Source of the DNA: Thalassotalea sp.
Lineage (GTDB): Bacteria; Pseudomonadota; Gammaproteobacteria; Enterobacterales; Alteromonadaceae
Length of the DNA stretch: 64,000 nt
NCBI GenBank assembly: GCA_022448425.1
Contig: JAKVCY010000187.1
Span: forward strand, 127 to 64,126
Direction of reading: 5' to 3'
The translations under genes and the position numbers were made by a program. This document shows positions 42,928 to 53,339 of the stretch, piece after piece. Below the pieces are notes generated by a model. The model saw nothing but the letters and a program-made list of their open reading frames with translations. It was not told the origin of the DNA and made no database searches. The number at the start of each line of letters is the position of its first letter. Positions within the stretch are counted from its first letter, which is position 1.

Positions 42928-44097
42928 ATGTTGGAGTTGTTATTTCTATTGTTACCTGTGGCTATGGCTTATGGCTGGTTTATGGGACGCAATAGTATTA
43001 AACAGAAAGACCAAACCGAGAAACAAGACCTATCTATTAAATATTCAACTGGTTTGAATTATTTGTTGTCGAACCAACAAGATAAGGCGATCGATTACTT
43101 AATCGAAGCGCTGAAGGTTGAAGACGACACTGTTGAAGCTCATTTTGCTATGGCAAATCTCTTTCGCAGACGTGGTGAGTTAGATAGGGCGTTAAAGGTT
43201 CATGAACACCTAGTTAGGCATGGTAACTTGCCTTCGAAAGCTCAGCAGCAAGCGGTATTCGAGCTTGCTAAAGACTTCCTTACTGCGGGACTATACGATC
43301 GCGCAGAGCACATGTTTCAAAAGCTTTTAAAAGCAAAGCCTTATCAGCAAAAATCACTGACTTATTTGATGCAAATTTATCAGTCGACGAAGGACTGGCA
43401 GCAGGGTATAGCACTAAAAAAACAAATCGTTAAGCTCAAAGATAAACACTTGCTACATAACCTTGCGAACTTTTATTGTGAAGCATCTCTAGAAGCGCAA
43501 AAACAGGATAATTTTATTCAAGTCGTTGAATTACTCGAGCAAGCGTTGGCTTGTGATCCTAATTCTTGTCGCGCTAATTGGCAGCTTGCTGAAGTGTATG
43601 AAAGTCATGAACAATGTGAGCAAGCCGCTAAATGTTATCAGGCAATCTATCAGCAAGATAAAGAGTTTTTTCCTGATGTTATAGAAAAAATGCACAACTG
43701 CTATAAGTCACTCAATGCAGAGCAAGAGTTCTTTGCTTTTATACGCAAGGTTTATGACGAGACAGGTAGCACCAGCGCGTTAATAAAATATTTGGAATTT
43801 CTAACCGAGAAGCATGGTGAAACCAAAGCGATAGAGTTTTTACTTGGAGGCTTAAAGCGCAGGCCGACGATTCGTGGCTTTAAACATTTTGTGAAATTAC
43901 AATTGGTTTCTGACTCACCTGAAAAGCAAACAGAAAGCCTTGATGCAATTAAAGAGCTGATCTCTGCGTATATAAACATGCGACCCAGATATAGCTGCCG
44001 TACCTGCGGTTTTAATAGCAGCACGCACTATTGGTCCTGTCCGTCTTGTCATGATTGGGAGACGTTAAAGCCTGTTAGAGGCTTGGAAGGCGAATAA
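42928..44097 (+). CDS. lapB: LPS assembly protein B
   Basis: N-terminal TM, TPR repeats, rubredoxin-like CRTCG...CPSC. Confidence 0.96.
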   Translation: MLELLFLLLPVAMAYGWFMGRNSIKQKDQTEKQDLSIKYSTGLNYLLSNQQDKAIDYLIEALKVEDDTVEAHFAMANLFRRRGELDRALKVHEHLVRHGNLPSKAQQQAVFELAKDFLTAGLYDRAEHMFQKLLKAKPYQQKSLTYLMQIYQSTKDWQQGIALKKQIVKLKDKHLLHNLANFYCEASLEAQKQDNFIQVVELLEQALACDPNSCRANWQLAEVYESHEQCEQAAKCYQAIYQQDKEFFPDVIEKMHNCYKSLNAEQEFFAFIRKVYDETGSTSALIKYLEFLTEKHGETKAIEFLLGGLKRRPTIRGFKHFVKLQLVSDSPEKQTESLDAIKELISAYINMRPRYSCRTCGFNSSTHYWSCPSCHDWETLKPVRGLEGE

Positions 44098-44113
44098 GTT
44101 AAAGTATTGTTGT

Positions 44114-44137
44114 AAAGGGAGCTTAGCTCCCTTTTTT
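44114..44137. terminator. Terminator between convergent lapB and serine hydrolase
   Basis: AAAGGGAGCT-t-AGCTCCCTTTTTT. Confidence 0.8.
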
Positions 44138-44158
44138 ATTCAATGATGGCTATATTTT

Positions 44159-45451
44159 CTAATCTTCGCTGTTTTCTAGGGCAGTCTTACGTGCGATAAA
44201 CAGCTTAACTAACGGTTTGACAATTTGACTGAACTCATGAAAAGAATCCGTTTTGGTATTGATATTAACTGCCAGCGAAAAGTTGTGATCAGGTATCACC
44301 ATCAGAAAGCTCTGAGCACCTCTAGATACACCGCCGTGATGTGCATATCGCATTTTGCCAATCTCATTACCTAAATCAATATCATGAACCCGCCAACCGA
44401 TGGCATAGCTTTGTTCATTTATTTTACCGTTATTCAGTTTTTGTGGTGTCCATAACATTTCACGTATGGAGTCCTTTAAAAAGCTATCTGACATAAAGCC
44501 TTGGCCAAATGTAGCCAAGTCGATTGAAGTAGATAACCAACCGCCACCAGCGAGCCTGTGGCTCAAATCAACATCGCGCCAAAGTCTTACGCGAGTAGAT
44601 TGATTATCTTTAATATAAAAACGTGACAACTGCTGGCTCGGTTGAACTTTGTGTTCTTCAACCGTATTACGCATGTTTAATGGAGTAAATACGTTTTCTT
44701 GCATCCATTGCTGATACGTTTTTTCTGCTAGCTTTTGCACTGCAGAGCTCAACAGCACAGTGCCTAAGCTCGAATAGTAAAAACGTTCACCCGGTCTCGA
44801 AAGTAATTGGCTTTCATCAAATAACAAGACTGCATCATCAACATTAGGGTAGAAGGTGTTAAGTTGAATGGTCTTTAGCAAGCCTGGTATTTCTGTGTTT
44901 TCTTTGTAATGAGGCATACCTGCAGAATGTGATGCAAGTTGGGCAAGCGTTATGTTCAACCACGCCTGATTAGGTAGTGGATTAAACACGTCTTCAAGCT
45001 TGGTATCTAAGCTGGCTAAGTCTTGTTGAATCAACGTTGCTAATCCTGCTGACGTTAACGCTTTAGACGTGCTACCAATGCGCACTAGTGTATTGGCAGT
45101 CATCGGTTGGTTGTTTTTAATATTCCCCCAGCCAGCAGCACCATGCCAAACTAAGTTGTCGTCTATTGCTATGGCAACTGAAATACCCGGAGAGTTGATT
45201 GCAACTCTATGATCGTTAATTAACTCTTGTGCTTGTTCGGCAACCAATTTATATCGAGGGTCAAGAAGTTGATGCGACTCAGGAATTTCGGCCATACTTC
45301 TTGAGTCAATGTCGGGTAACGTTATAAAGCCCCATGGTAACAGCGGTACTTGATATCGGTGCGCATAAAACTGGTAAATTGGAAATACGTGATAACAGAC
45401 GCTTACCAAAACTAAAATAACAGCGGTGACTACTACTTTCTTTAAAGTCAT
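44159..45451 (-). CDS. Exported/anchored serine hydrolase (class C beta-lactamase/PBP fold)
   Basis: STSK (SxxK), YSS, HHGG motifs; N-terminal hydrophobic segment. Confidence 0.85.
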   Translation of the reverse strand: MTLKKVVVTAVILVLVSVCYHVFPIYQFYAHRYQVPLLPWGFITLPDIDSRSMAEIPESHQLLDPRYKLVAEQAQELINDHRVAINSPGISVAIAIDDNLVWHGAAGWGNIKNNQPMTANTLVRIGSTSKALTSAGLATLIQQDLASLDTKLEDVFNPLPNQAWLNITLAQLASHSAGMPHYKENTEIPGLLKTIQLNTFYPNVDDAVLLFDESQLLSRPGERFYYSSLGTVLLSSAVQKLAEKTYQQWMQENVFTPLNMRNTVEEHKVQPSQQLSRFYIKDNQSTRVRLWRDVDLSHRLAGGGWLSTSIDLATFGQGFMSDSFLKDSIREMLWTPQKLNNGKINEQSYAIGWRVHDIDLGNEIGKMRYAHHGGVSRGAQSFLMVIPDHNFSLAVNINTKTDSFHEFSQIVKPLVKLFIARKTALENSED

Positions 45452-45538
45452 TTAAAACACTCTCAAATCTAAAGTTGCTGCCATTAAAAGGAAAGCGTTA
45501 GTTTTTATCTGCTCAAAAATAAAAAATGCTGTGCATTT

Positions 45539-46618
45539 TTAAAATTGATCACGATATTGAGTCGGTGTCATCCCCATTTGTTGTTTAAAAGCTCGATTAA
45601 ATGAAGCGATTGAGCCGTAACCAGTGTCTAATGCAATTGTAAGAATAGGAATATGTTTTTGATCTACTTGTTTGAGTTGTTCACATACACAGGGTATTCG
45701 ATAGCTGTTTAAATAATGGGAAAAGTTAGTAAAGCCTAGTTCTTGGTTAATTAACACACGAAGCTGATGTTCGGGTAACGCCATCTTCTCTGAGAGTCGT
45801 TTTACCGTTAGCTCTTGCTCTTTATATAGCCCTTGTTCCATCAAAGTTTTTAGTTTATCGAGTTCTTTTTGTTGAGTTGTTGAACGTTCACCTTGCTTAA
45901 CATTTGATTGTCTAATAGTGCCAGAACATACTTGTGCGTGATCAATTGGCTTGTTGATTGCCTTCTCACGAGTCTTATGATTGAGTACAACTTTAGCGGC
46001 AACGTAAAAGCTCAACGCTAAAATTAATGCCGCATTACCTATACTAAAAACAGCCGTATCCTTAACATCTAAAAAAACAAATTCAAACAGTGTCAACACT
46101 GTCATGTATGCACAGCAGCCCGTGATAAGTATCAAGCGCATATTACGTCTTCTATCAACGAGGTCATCCCAATACCCCAAGGCGGATCTAATCAACACGA
46201 TAATTAGGATAACTAATCCAACCAAATGACTTAAATCGTGAATGGCTCCTCGACCAGGTGTGAGCAAGAAAAAGCCAGCTAAGAACAGGCACCACATAAC
46301 AATAGGGAGGTATATTAGTTTCGCCAATTTTGAACTAAGTGATTCAGGCGCTAACACCGCTTGTGAAAACCATAGAATGGCAAAGGATGTTAGATCGGTC
46401 GCCAAGAGGAGAGGCTGTCTTAGCCAACCATAATCGCGATTAGGAATTGGTGTTGTAAGTAAGACATAGGCGGAGATACCGATGATTAAAGCCATTGAAG
46501 GCCATTTTGTTTCCGTTTGGTTTGCTATGTAAAGGTAGGAGGCAAGAAAAAATAAAATGCCAACAGTACCAAATCGAAAAAATAAATCGAGAACTTCGAT
46601 AGGAAGTAGAGAAATCAT
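45539..46618 (-). CDS. Membrane-embedded AraC-family regulator
   Basis: About 7 N-terminal TM helices; C-terminal HTH_18 (GYGSIASFNRAFK...TP..YR). Confidence 0.87.
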   Translation of the reverse strand: MISLLPIEVLDLFFRFGTVGILFFLASYLYIANQTETKWPSMALIIGISAYVLLTTPIPNRDYGWLRQPLLLATDLTSFAILWFSQAVLAPESLSSKLAKLIYLPIVMWCLFLAGFFLLTPGRGAIHDLSHLVGLVILIIVLIRSALGYWDDLVDRRRNMRLILITGCCAYMTVLTLFEFVFLDVKDTAVFSIGNAALILALSFYVAAKVVLNHKTREKAINKPIDHAQVCSGTIRQSNVKQGERSTTQQKELDKLKTLMEQGLYKEQELTVKRLSEKMALPEHQLRVLINQELGFTNFSHYLNSYRIPCVCEQLKQVDQKHIPILTIALDTGYGSIASFNRAFKQQMGMTPTQYRDQF

Positions 46619-46774
46619 AATATGTAAAAATAGTTATCGAACCAAGGAGGTTAGCAAGCAATCAAATAGATATAAATGAATCGATAAAAATATTCACAAT
46701 AACATACCAGTTTTCTTCGATATTTTTATGTGTAAAGGGTAAAATAGCGTAAAATTTTTCTATAGGAATTTGCC

Positions 46775-47470
46775 ATGAGTGAAGCAAAAGTCGTTGTTGC
46801 CCTAGACTTCGATAATCAAAAAGATGCGTTAGCCTTTGTTGATAAAATCCAACCGTCAGATTGTCGCTTAAAAGTAGGCAAAGAAATGTTTACTTATTTC
46901 GGACCAGACTTTGTTAGAGAGCTAGTTAAACGTGGCTTTGATGTTTTCCTAGACCTTAAATTTCACGATATCCCAAATACTGTTGCTAAGGCTGTAACAG
47001 CAGCTGCCGAGCTCGGGGTTTGGATGGTTAATGTCCACGCTTCTGGTGGCACAAAAATGATGGAAAAAGCAAAAGAAGCACTCGTGCCATATGGCGACAA
47101 AGCACCTTTGCTAATTGCGGTAACCGTATTGACGAGCATGGGCGAAGAAGACTTAGTGGGAATTGGCATTGACAAACTGCCTGCTGAGCATGTTAATAGC
47201 TTGGCAACGCTTGCACAGAATGCCGGTTTAGACGGTGTTGTATGTTCTGCATGGGAAGCTGAATCACTAAAAGAAACATTTGGTGAAGATTTTAAGCTTG
47301 TTACGCCGGGTATTAGGCCAGCGGGTAGTAGCACAGACGATCAAAAGCGTATTATGACGCCTGAACAAGCAGTTGAAGTAGGGGTTGATTACCTAGTTAT
47401 CGGACGCCCAATTACTCAAGCTGAAGACCCACATCAAGTGCTTCAGGATATTAACCAATCGCTTAGCTAA
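46775..47470 (+). CDS. pyrF: OMP decarboxylase
   Basis: [33 protein letters not shown]. Confidence 0.98.
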   Translation: MSEAKVVVALDFDNQKDALAFVDKIQPSDCRLKVGKEMFTYFGPDFVRELVKRGFDVFLDLKFHDIPNTVAKAVTAAAELGVWMVNVHASGGTKMMEKAKEALVPYGDKAPLLIAVTVLTSMGEEDLVGIGIDKLPAEHVNSLATLAQNAGLDGVVCSAWEAESLKETFGEDFKLVTPGIRPAGSSTDDQKRIMTPEQAVEVGVDYLVIGRPITQAEDPHQVLQDINQSLS

Positions 47471-47579
47471 CTTTTTACTACCTAGCTTTGACAAATCCTT
47501 GAATGCAGTCTAATTCTTAATATGCGGTCACATTAAGTGACCGTTTTATTACATGGAAATAAATATACAAGGATAGAAT

Positions 47580-47885
47580 ATGAAAACTTTCAAACTTGCT
47601 GCTTTAGCAGCTCCATTGTTATGCCTGTCATTTAATACTTTTGCTTTTGCCGATGATGAAGTCGTTGAATCTAGTCTTAAGTCTGTGATTACCAAACCTT
47701 TGAATATAAATCATGCCACGGTTGAGCAACTCATGGCACTTAAAGGTATTGGTAAGAAGAAAGCACAAGCGATTGTCTCATATCGAGAAGAGTACGGTGC
47801 GTTTATCACCGTGAGTGATTTAGTCAATGTCAAAGGTATTGGTGAAAAGATATTAGATGACAACGCTTCATTACTGTCTATTTAA
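47580..47885 (+). CDS. comEA: ComEA-family helix-hairpin-helix DNA-binding protein
   Basis: Signal peptide; LNINHAT..L..LKGIG.KKAQAIV..R; L..VKGIG. Confidence 0.88.
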   Translation: MKTFKLAALAAPLLCLSFNTFAFADDEVVESSLKSVITKPLNINHATVEQLMALKGIGKKKAQAIVSYREEYGAFITVSDLVNVKGIGEKILDDNASLLSI

Positions 47886-47902
47886 TTGACTCAAGCCAAT
47901 TT

Positions 47903-47927
47903 AAGCTCGCTTATGCGGGCTTTTTTT
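47903..47927 (+). terminator. Terminator after comEA
   Basis: AAGCTCGC-ttat-GCGGGCTTTTTTT. Confidence 0.85.
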
Positions 47928-47944
47928 ATTGGTAATGACAAAAG

Positions 47945-47971
47945 AAAAAAACGCTCTATCGAAATAGAGCG
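47945..47971 (-). terminator. Orphan minus-strand terminator
   Basis: On minus: CGCTCTAT-ttcg-ATAGAGCG-TTTTTTT; no minus-strand ORF of 60 aa or more upstream. Confidence 0.8.
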
Positions 47972-48340
47972 CCAAGTCGACTAAAACGTTAAACAGAACG
48001 AGAACGTCGAGGGATAAATTTCTGTATGACCTCAGGTTAAAGAAATAGCTGACAGTATGGTGCTAATTCTTGTGTAACCCAGTACAGCAATGTCATTCAG
48101 GGATGTCCGGGGGATAGCAATTGTTCATCCACGACACACAGGATAGATGCAATATATGACAGTTAAATGACAAGGATTATTAAGTTATTGTGACAGCGTT
48201 AGGTTCAATTACGATTGGATTATTCAACCGCGGAGAACTTGAGCTTGAACATAAGCGTTTGTATGGATGGCTTCCATCTTGAATTAGACTCCGTATACAA
48301 TGGTGTAACTATATAAAACGTAATAATAAATTGATTAACC

Positions 48341-50167
48341 GTGTCAGAAAAAAAACTGCAACATTTTTATATTGCTGAAGAGCAATCAATTTACCTACTG
48401 AGTCATAAAGATGCGACTAAGCTGAAAACTTGGGTAGATCTTTGTCAGCGTCAACTTGCGGCAATGGGATATCGGAATATTTCACTTGTTGGAAAGGGAG
48501 CTTATGGATTCGTGTTTGCAGGAGAAGATAACGCAGGTAAACACTATGTGTTCAAGTTTTCTAGAATTACACTGCCACAACACGTCCAAGATAGATTAGA
48601 AGAAGAAGCTGAGATCCAACAACAGCTTAGCCATGCTCAAATCCCTTCAGTTATTGAGTATCGAAAAATTAAACGCCAGTCAATTCTACAAATGACGCGA
48701 GCGCCAGGGATAGATCTTGAACAGCATTCACATCAGCAAGGGCCATTGCCCGCAGAGCAAGTTGTTTCTTTCGCAATACAGTTAATTGACTTGCTTAAAT
48801 ACTTAAGGGACGAGAAGCAACATCCTGCTGGTAAACCTATCGTGCACGGCGATATAAAACCTTCTAACCTCGTATTTGACCAGGAAACGGGGAGGTTGCA
48901 ACTTATCGACTGGGGATCAGCTGTTTTCGCGCAACTTGATGAAGACGGTCAAACAACGGCAAACAACGTTATGGACTTGATGAGTAGCGATTTGCAACAT
49001 ACGAATGCGCGCTTAGGGGATGTATATTTTATAGGGCCTGAACAAATCATTGGCGGGTTATCATCGCCACGATTTGATGAGCAAGGTGCAGCAGCTACTT
49101 TATATGCGTTAGCGTCAGGTCAATCATGCCGTTACGGTAAAAACATTATTCCTGCGTCAAGTTTGGGTTTACCAAAGTTACTTGCCCAAGTACTTGATGG
49201 TTTGCTAAGTGAAGACCCGAAGATAAGAGCCCAAGCCGGGGATTACTTGATTAATAATCAACGGTTGTTGAGTAATCTTGTGTTGTCAAAAAGCCCCGCA
49301 CATCAACAGATAACCCCCTTGATACCTGTTTGGGTAAGGCACTCAAGTGAACTTATTGATACCGTTGTTTATGGCTCTCGTAAATCATTTCTACGCGAAG
49401 AAAGTGATGATAGTGCGTTAACTGAAGTGGATGACGTACAACTAGAGAAATACTATAAGAATTATCTAATGGGAATGGGAGATAATGAGAAAGCGTTTGT
49501 GGCAGCGGTTAGTCGTTTAGGTAATTTCCCTGTCGTGGGTGGCCTTGCTGTGCGTTGGGAAAAAGACGGGGTTTATGTAGATTCAAATCTTTCGCTATTT
49601 GATGAAAGCTTAAAACAATCCTTCCAAAGTGCGGTGAACAACATGATTCATCTGGCGCAAGGGATATTTAGAATTGGCATGTTTAAGAGTTGCCTGTTTA
49701 ACGCCCGTAATACGTTGCACGTTGAGCGAGTAGACTCAACAGTACCTTTTATCGCGGCAAAAGGGCAGTTCATTCCGTTTGATGTAAGTGTTATCCCAGA
49801 GCTTGATGACGAGACCAAGCTACATTCTTATTTTGAAGACGGCAAAGACCCTGATGAATATCTGCATTTGCCTGATGAAATTATGGCGGAACTCGCGAAA
49901 CTTAATTTAATTCACCATACAGGTTGTATTATTTTCGAAGTCTTACCTACGCATTTAAAGATACATAGTTATCTAATGTTACTGAATCACGAGCGAGAAG
50001 CAGAGTTTAAGCAGTGCTTAGCCAACATTTTGAGTCTACTGCCAACAATAAAAGGGCTTGGTATTTCAGGCTTTATGAAGCTACCCTACAAAGACACCCG
50101 TTTTTTCGAGCATATTAATCAATTGCCTGAGAAATTTTATCCGAAAAACCCGAAAGCGGGCCAATAA
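48341..50167 (+). CDS. Hanks-type Ser/Thr protein kinase with uncharacterised C-terminal region
   Basis: GKGAYG, VFK, HGDIKPSN, IDWG, GPEQ; no TM. Confidence 0.85.
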   Translation: MSEKKLQHFYIAEEQSIYLLSHKDATKLKTWVDLCQRQLAAMGYRNISLVGKGAYGFVFAGEDNAGKHYVFKFSRITLPQHVQDRLEEEAEIQQQLSHAQIPSVIEYRKIKRQSILQMTRAPGIDLEQHSHQQGPLPAEQVVSFAIQLIDLLKYLRDEKQHPAGKPIVHGDIKPSNLVFDQETGRLQLIDWGSAVFAQLDEDGQTTANNVMDLMSSDLQHTNARLGDVYFIGPEQIIGGLSSPRFDEQGAAATLYALASGQSCRYGKNIIPASSLGLPKLLAQVLDGLLSEDPKIRAQAGDYLINNQRLLSNLVLSKSPAHQQITPLIPVWVRHSSELIDTVVYGSRKSFLREESDDSALTEVDDVQLEKYYKNYLMGMGDNEKAFVAAVSRLGNFPVVGGLAVRWEKDGVYVDSNLSLFDESLKQSFQSAVNNMIHLAQGIFRIGMFKSCLFNARNTLHVERVDSTVPFIAAKGQFIPFDVSVIPELDDETKLHSYFEDGKDPDEYLHLPDEIMAELAKLNLIHHTGCIIFEVLPTHLKIHSYLMLLNHEREAEFKQCLANILSLLPTIKGLGISGFMKLPYKDTRFFEHINQLPEKFYPKNPKAGQ

Positions 50168-50196
50168 TCAGGCAATAGCCAAAAAGGAATAGACGT

Positions 50197-50574
50197 ATGG
50201 AAAATCCAAAGTTAGGTGAAATCGCTTGGTTAGATTTAACTGTCGACGATGCTAGCAGTATTAAAGATTCATATGAGCAAGTAATCGGGTGGAAAGTGGA
50301 ACCCGTATCTATGGGAGATTATCAAGATTACTCTATGATTGCTGAATCAACGGGCCGTGCGGCAGCAGGTGTATGTCATGCAAGAGGCGCTAATGCCGAT
50401 TTACCTGCTATGTGGCTACCTTACTTTTTGGTAGAAGATGTTAAAAAGTCTGCGCAAGTAGTTGTGCTCAATGGAGGCACCTAGCACACCAAGATAAAGG
50501 TGATGGGTAATGACAAGTTTGTCGTTATTACGGATCCCGCCGGTGCTGCTTGTGCCCTTTATCAACAAGGTTAA
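50197..50574 (+). pseudogene. VOC/glyoxalase-family gene interrupted by in-frame TAG (50482-50484)
   Basis: IAWLDLTV...WLPYFLVED, then after TAG the same frame gives HTKIKVMGNDKFVVITDPAGAACALYQQG* (TAA 50572-50574). Confidence 0.8.
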
Positions 50575-50820
50575 TCATAAATCTCTTTAACCTGCACTCG
50601 GGTTAGGAAGTTAGCCAATATATTCTATATGCTAACAATATTAATAGTTTATATTTCTAACGAGAAGTTTATTCTTAGTACAAGGCAAATTTACTCCTCA
50701 ATAGTTATTCTATTGTGAGTGAATTTAACGCTTTAATCAGGATAAATAGCCGTTGGAAAGCAATTTGTTATCCCAAGTTCAGGTTCTTTAGTCTTTCATC
50801 TAACACTTCAGGCATACTGA

Positions 50821-52176
50821 TTAGGTGTGAGCATCATAGTTGTCACCTGTGCTCATTGGTAAAAACAATGTTTGATAAAGACGTGTTGCATAACCGTCAG
50901 TCATGCCTGATACATAGTCAGCAATTACACGATAATGGTTTTCTCCACTGTCCGCGGCATTTCTCCAACGCTTGGCTGTTGCTGTCGTCAGTAGTCTTTC
51001 CGGATCGGACGAAAGTGCCTCAAATAGTTCCATTACTATTTGCTGGCCACGATATTCGACTCGTTGGATAGCAGGAAGCTTTACAACAAATTTCAGTACA
51101 AAGTTTTTAAAGATTTGCAGCATTTGTGCTTGTGCATCAGGGAGCTTTGCATTGTATCTCAGTAGTGGAGATTCAAACTCACCAGTGTCAGTGTCCACTA
51201 GTGACAGGCTAATAGCCGTAATCAGATAATTTACTAAACCACCAATCGCGTCTTTTTGCATATGGTGGTGTTCAGAAAATAATTTGTCGGTTAGGGTTTT
51301 ACTGTAGCTAGTTAGCCAATTGTCACCGATTTCTTGTAATGGCTTTATCACATATTCGTCGAAGTCATTTCGATTTACCACATGCGTGACAATCGCATCT
51401 TCTAAGTCATGAATACCATAGGCGATATCGTCGGCGAGCTCCATGATGGAACAATCAAGTGACTTAAATACCGTTCGGCTGTGTTGCTTTTCGCGTTCCA
51501 CAATGGTCTGAAATAATGCTTGGTCGCTATCGCCTAATGGCGACAATATCCAATCCAAAATTTCTTGATCGTCAGAATAAAGCCCCTTTGGCGGGTGCCA
51601 TTCGCTAGCCTTTAATTGCCTAAAGTTTTGTGGTGCACGGTTAGGCATTTTATGAACTAAGTTCTCAATGGTTTGTGGATACTTGATAAGGCCAAGTAAA
51701 GTACGGCGCGATAAATTCATACCGTAGCCTTCACTAAATGGTTCTAATTTAGCCACAATGCGAAGGGTTTGACCGTTGCCTTCGAAACCTCCGTGTTTAC
51801 GCATCATGTAGTGCAGGGCAACCTCTCCACCATGGCCAAAAGGTGGGTGACCAATATCATGCGCAAGACACAAAGCTTCAATTAGCGTATCGTCGTCCGG
51901 AAATAGTGACTGAGCGAGTTCAGGGTATTTAGATCTGAGTTGCGCTGTAATGCCAGAGCCAATTTGTGCTGCTTCGAGTGAATGCGTAAGTCGAGTGCGA
52001 TAGAAATCACTTTGGCCTGAACTGATGACTTGCGTTTTTGATTGTAAACGTCTAAACGCAGCAGAGTGCAGTATACGTGCTCTATCACGTTGAAAAGGTG
52101 TGCGATGATCGTGCTGACGTTTGGTTAATTTTTCAAATCGTCTTGCTAACCAACTATCATCAATTACATTGCTCAT
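50821..52176 (-). CDS. HD-domain dGTP triphosphohydrolase family protein
   Basis: RDRARILHSAAFRRLQ.KTQV, RTRLTHSLE, HDIGHPPFGHGGE, EGNGQ, ADDIAY..HDLED; start at 52176 after GAGG. Confidence 0.92.
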   Translation of the reverse strand: MSNVIDDSWLARRFEKLTKRQHDHRTPFQRDRARILHSAAFRRLQSKTQVISSGQSDFYRTRLTHSLEAAQIGSGITAQLRSKYPELAQSLFPDDDTLIEALCLAHDIGHPPFGHGGEVALHYMMRKHGGFEGNGQTLRIVAKLEPFSEGYGMNLSRRTLLGLIKYPQTIENLVHKMPNRAPQNFRQLKASEWHPPKGLYSDDQEILDWILSPLGDSDQALFQTIVEREKQHSRTVFKSLDCSIMELADDIAYGIHDLEDAIVTHVVNRNDFDEYVIKPLQEIGDNWLTSYSKTLTDKLFSEHHHMQKDAIGGLVNYLITAISLSLVDTDTGEFESPLLRYNAKLPDAQAQMLQIFKNFVLKFVVKLPAIQRVEYRGQQIVMELFEALSSDPERLLTTATAKRWRNAADSGENHYRVIADYVSGMTDGYATRLYQTLFLPMSTGDNYDAHT

Positions 52177-52373
52177 AAGCGTCCTCTTTGGCCAGTGACT
52201 TACAGTATGTATAATACTGCACCTAATAGTGTCTATCATAGCCAACTATCGGCTTAAATTACTAGCAAATTCAACATACTTGAGTGGCCATTTAGGGGGA
52301 AGAAAGAATTTGAAATTGAAGAGTAAGTTATTTATCTGTCTTGCTCTTCGAAAAGTGAAAATTGTTAGAGGGG

Positions 52374-53339
52374 CTATTTTTTAGCAATAAAGATTGCACG
52401 TTGAGGTGCAGGGTAGCCTTCAATTGTTTTCGATTGGTCATTAGGATCAAGAAAATCACTCAATGATTCGGTGTCAATCCAATCTGTCTTACGTTGTTCC
52501 TCTAATGCGGTGATATCAGTATTAACCATGCGAACATCGCTGAATCCACATCGCTCTAACCAAGCACACATTGCTTTGCCGCTTGGCAAAAACCAAACAT
52601 TGCGCATTTTTGCATAACGCTCACCCGGCACAAGTACTGTGTTTTCATCACCATCAACAATTAACGTTTCCAACACGAGCTCACCGCCTTTGACGAGTTG
52701 TGCTTTAAGCTGATAGATAAAATCTATCGGTGAACGCCTGTGATAAAGCACGCCCATCGCAAATACAGTGTCAAATGCATTTAATTCTGGAAGTTGCTCT
52801 ACACCTAAAGGTAGCAAGTTAACGCTGGGGTTTTTGATAAAGTGTTGAACCGCATTAAATTGCATCACAAACAATTGCGTTGGGTCGATACCCACAACAA
52901 ACTTCGCACCAGCCCCGCGCATACGCCACAAGTGGTAGCCACTGCCACAGCCGATGTCGAGAACGTATTTATTTTTTAGGTCGCTAATATGAGGAACTAG
53001 TCGATCCCATTTAAAATCTGAACGCCATTCTGTATCGATATGCAAACCATGGATATGATATGGACCTTTGCGCCATGGTTTGAGTTTTTTCAGCATATGC
53101 TCAAGGCGTTTTAGTTGCCCACTATCTATTTCTTCTGGCTTACCAACGCTCACGCTATTGGCTAAATCTACAAATTCGGTATGGGTTACGGGTAACTGTT
53201 CCAACACTTTTCGCCACTGTGCAAATTCGCCATGTAGGTGGTGCTTTTGCCAGTCGGTCAATTGTGTAGGAAGGGTGTCTAGCCAGTGACTTAGGCGATT
53301 TGTAGCTATTTGTTGATAAAACGTATTATAGAAACTCAT
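52374..53339 (-). CDS. cmoB: tRNA 5-methoxyuridine(34)/carboxymethyltransferase CmoB
   Basis: [40 protein letters not shown]. Confidence 0.96.
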   Translation of the reverse strand: MSFYNTFYQQIATNRLSHWLDTLPTQLTDWQKHHLHGEFAQWRKVLEQLPVTHTEFVDLANSVSVGKPEEIDSGQLKRLEHMLKKLKPWRKGPYHIHGLHIDTEWRSDFKWDRLVPHISDLKNKYVLDIGCGSGYHLWRMRGAGAKFVVGIDPTQLFVMQFNAVQHFIKNPSVNLLPLGVEQLPELNAFDTVFAMGVLYHRRSPIDFIYQLKAQLVKGGELVLETLIVDGDENTVLVPGERYAKMRNVWFLPSGKAMCAWLERCGFSDVRMVNTDITALEEQRKTDWIDTESLSDFLDPNDQSKTIEGYPAPQRAIFIAKK

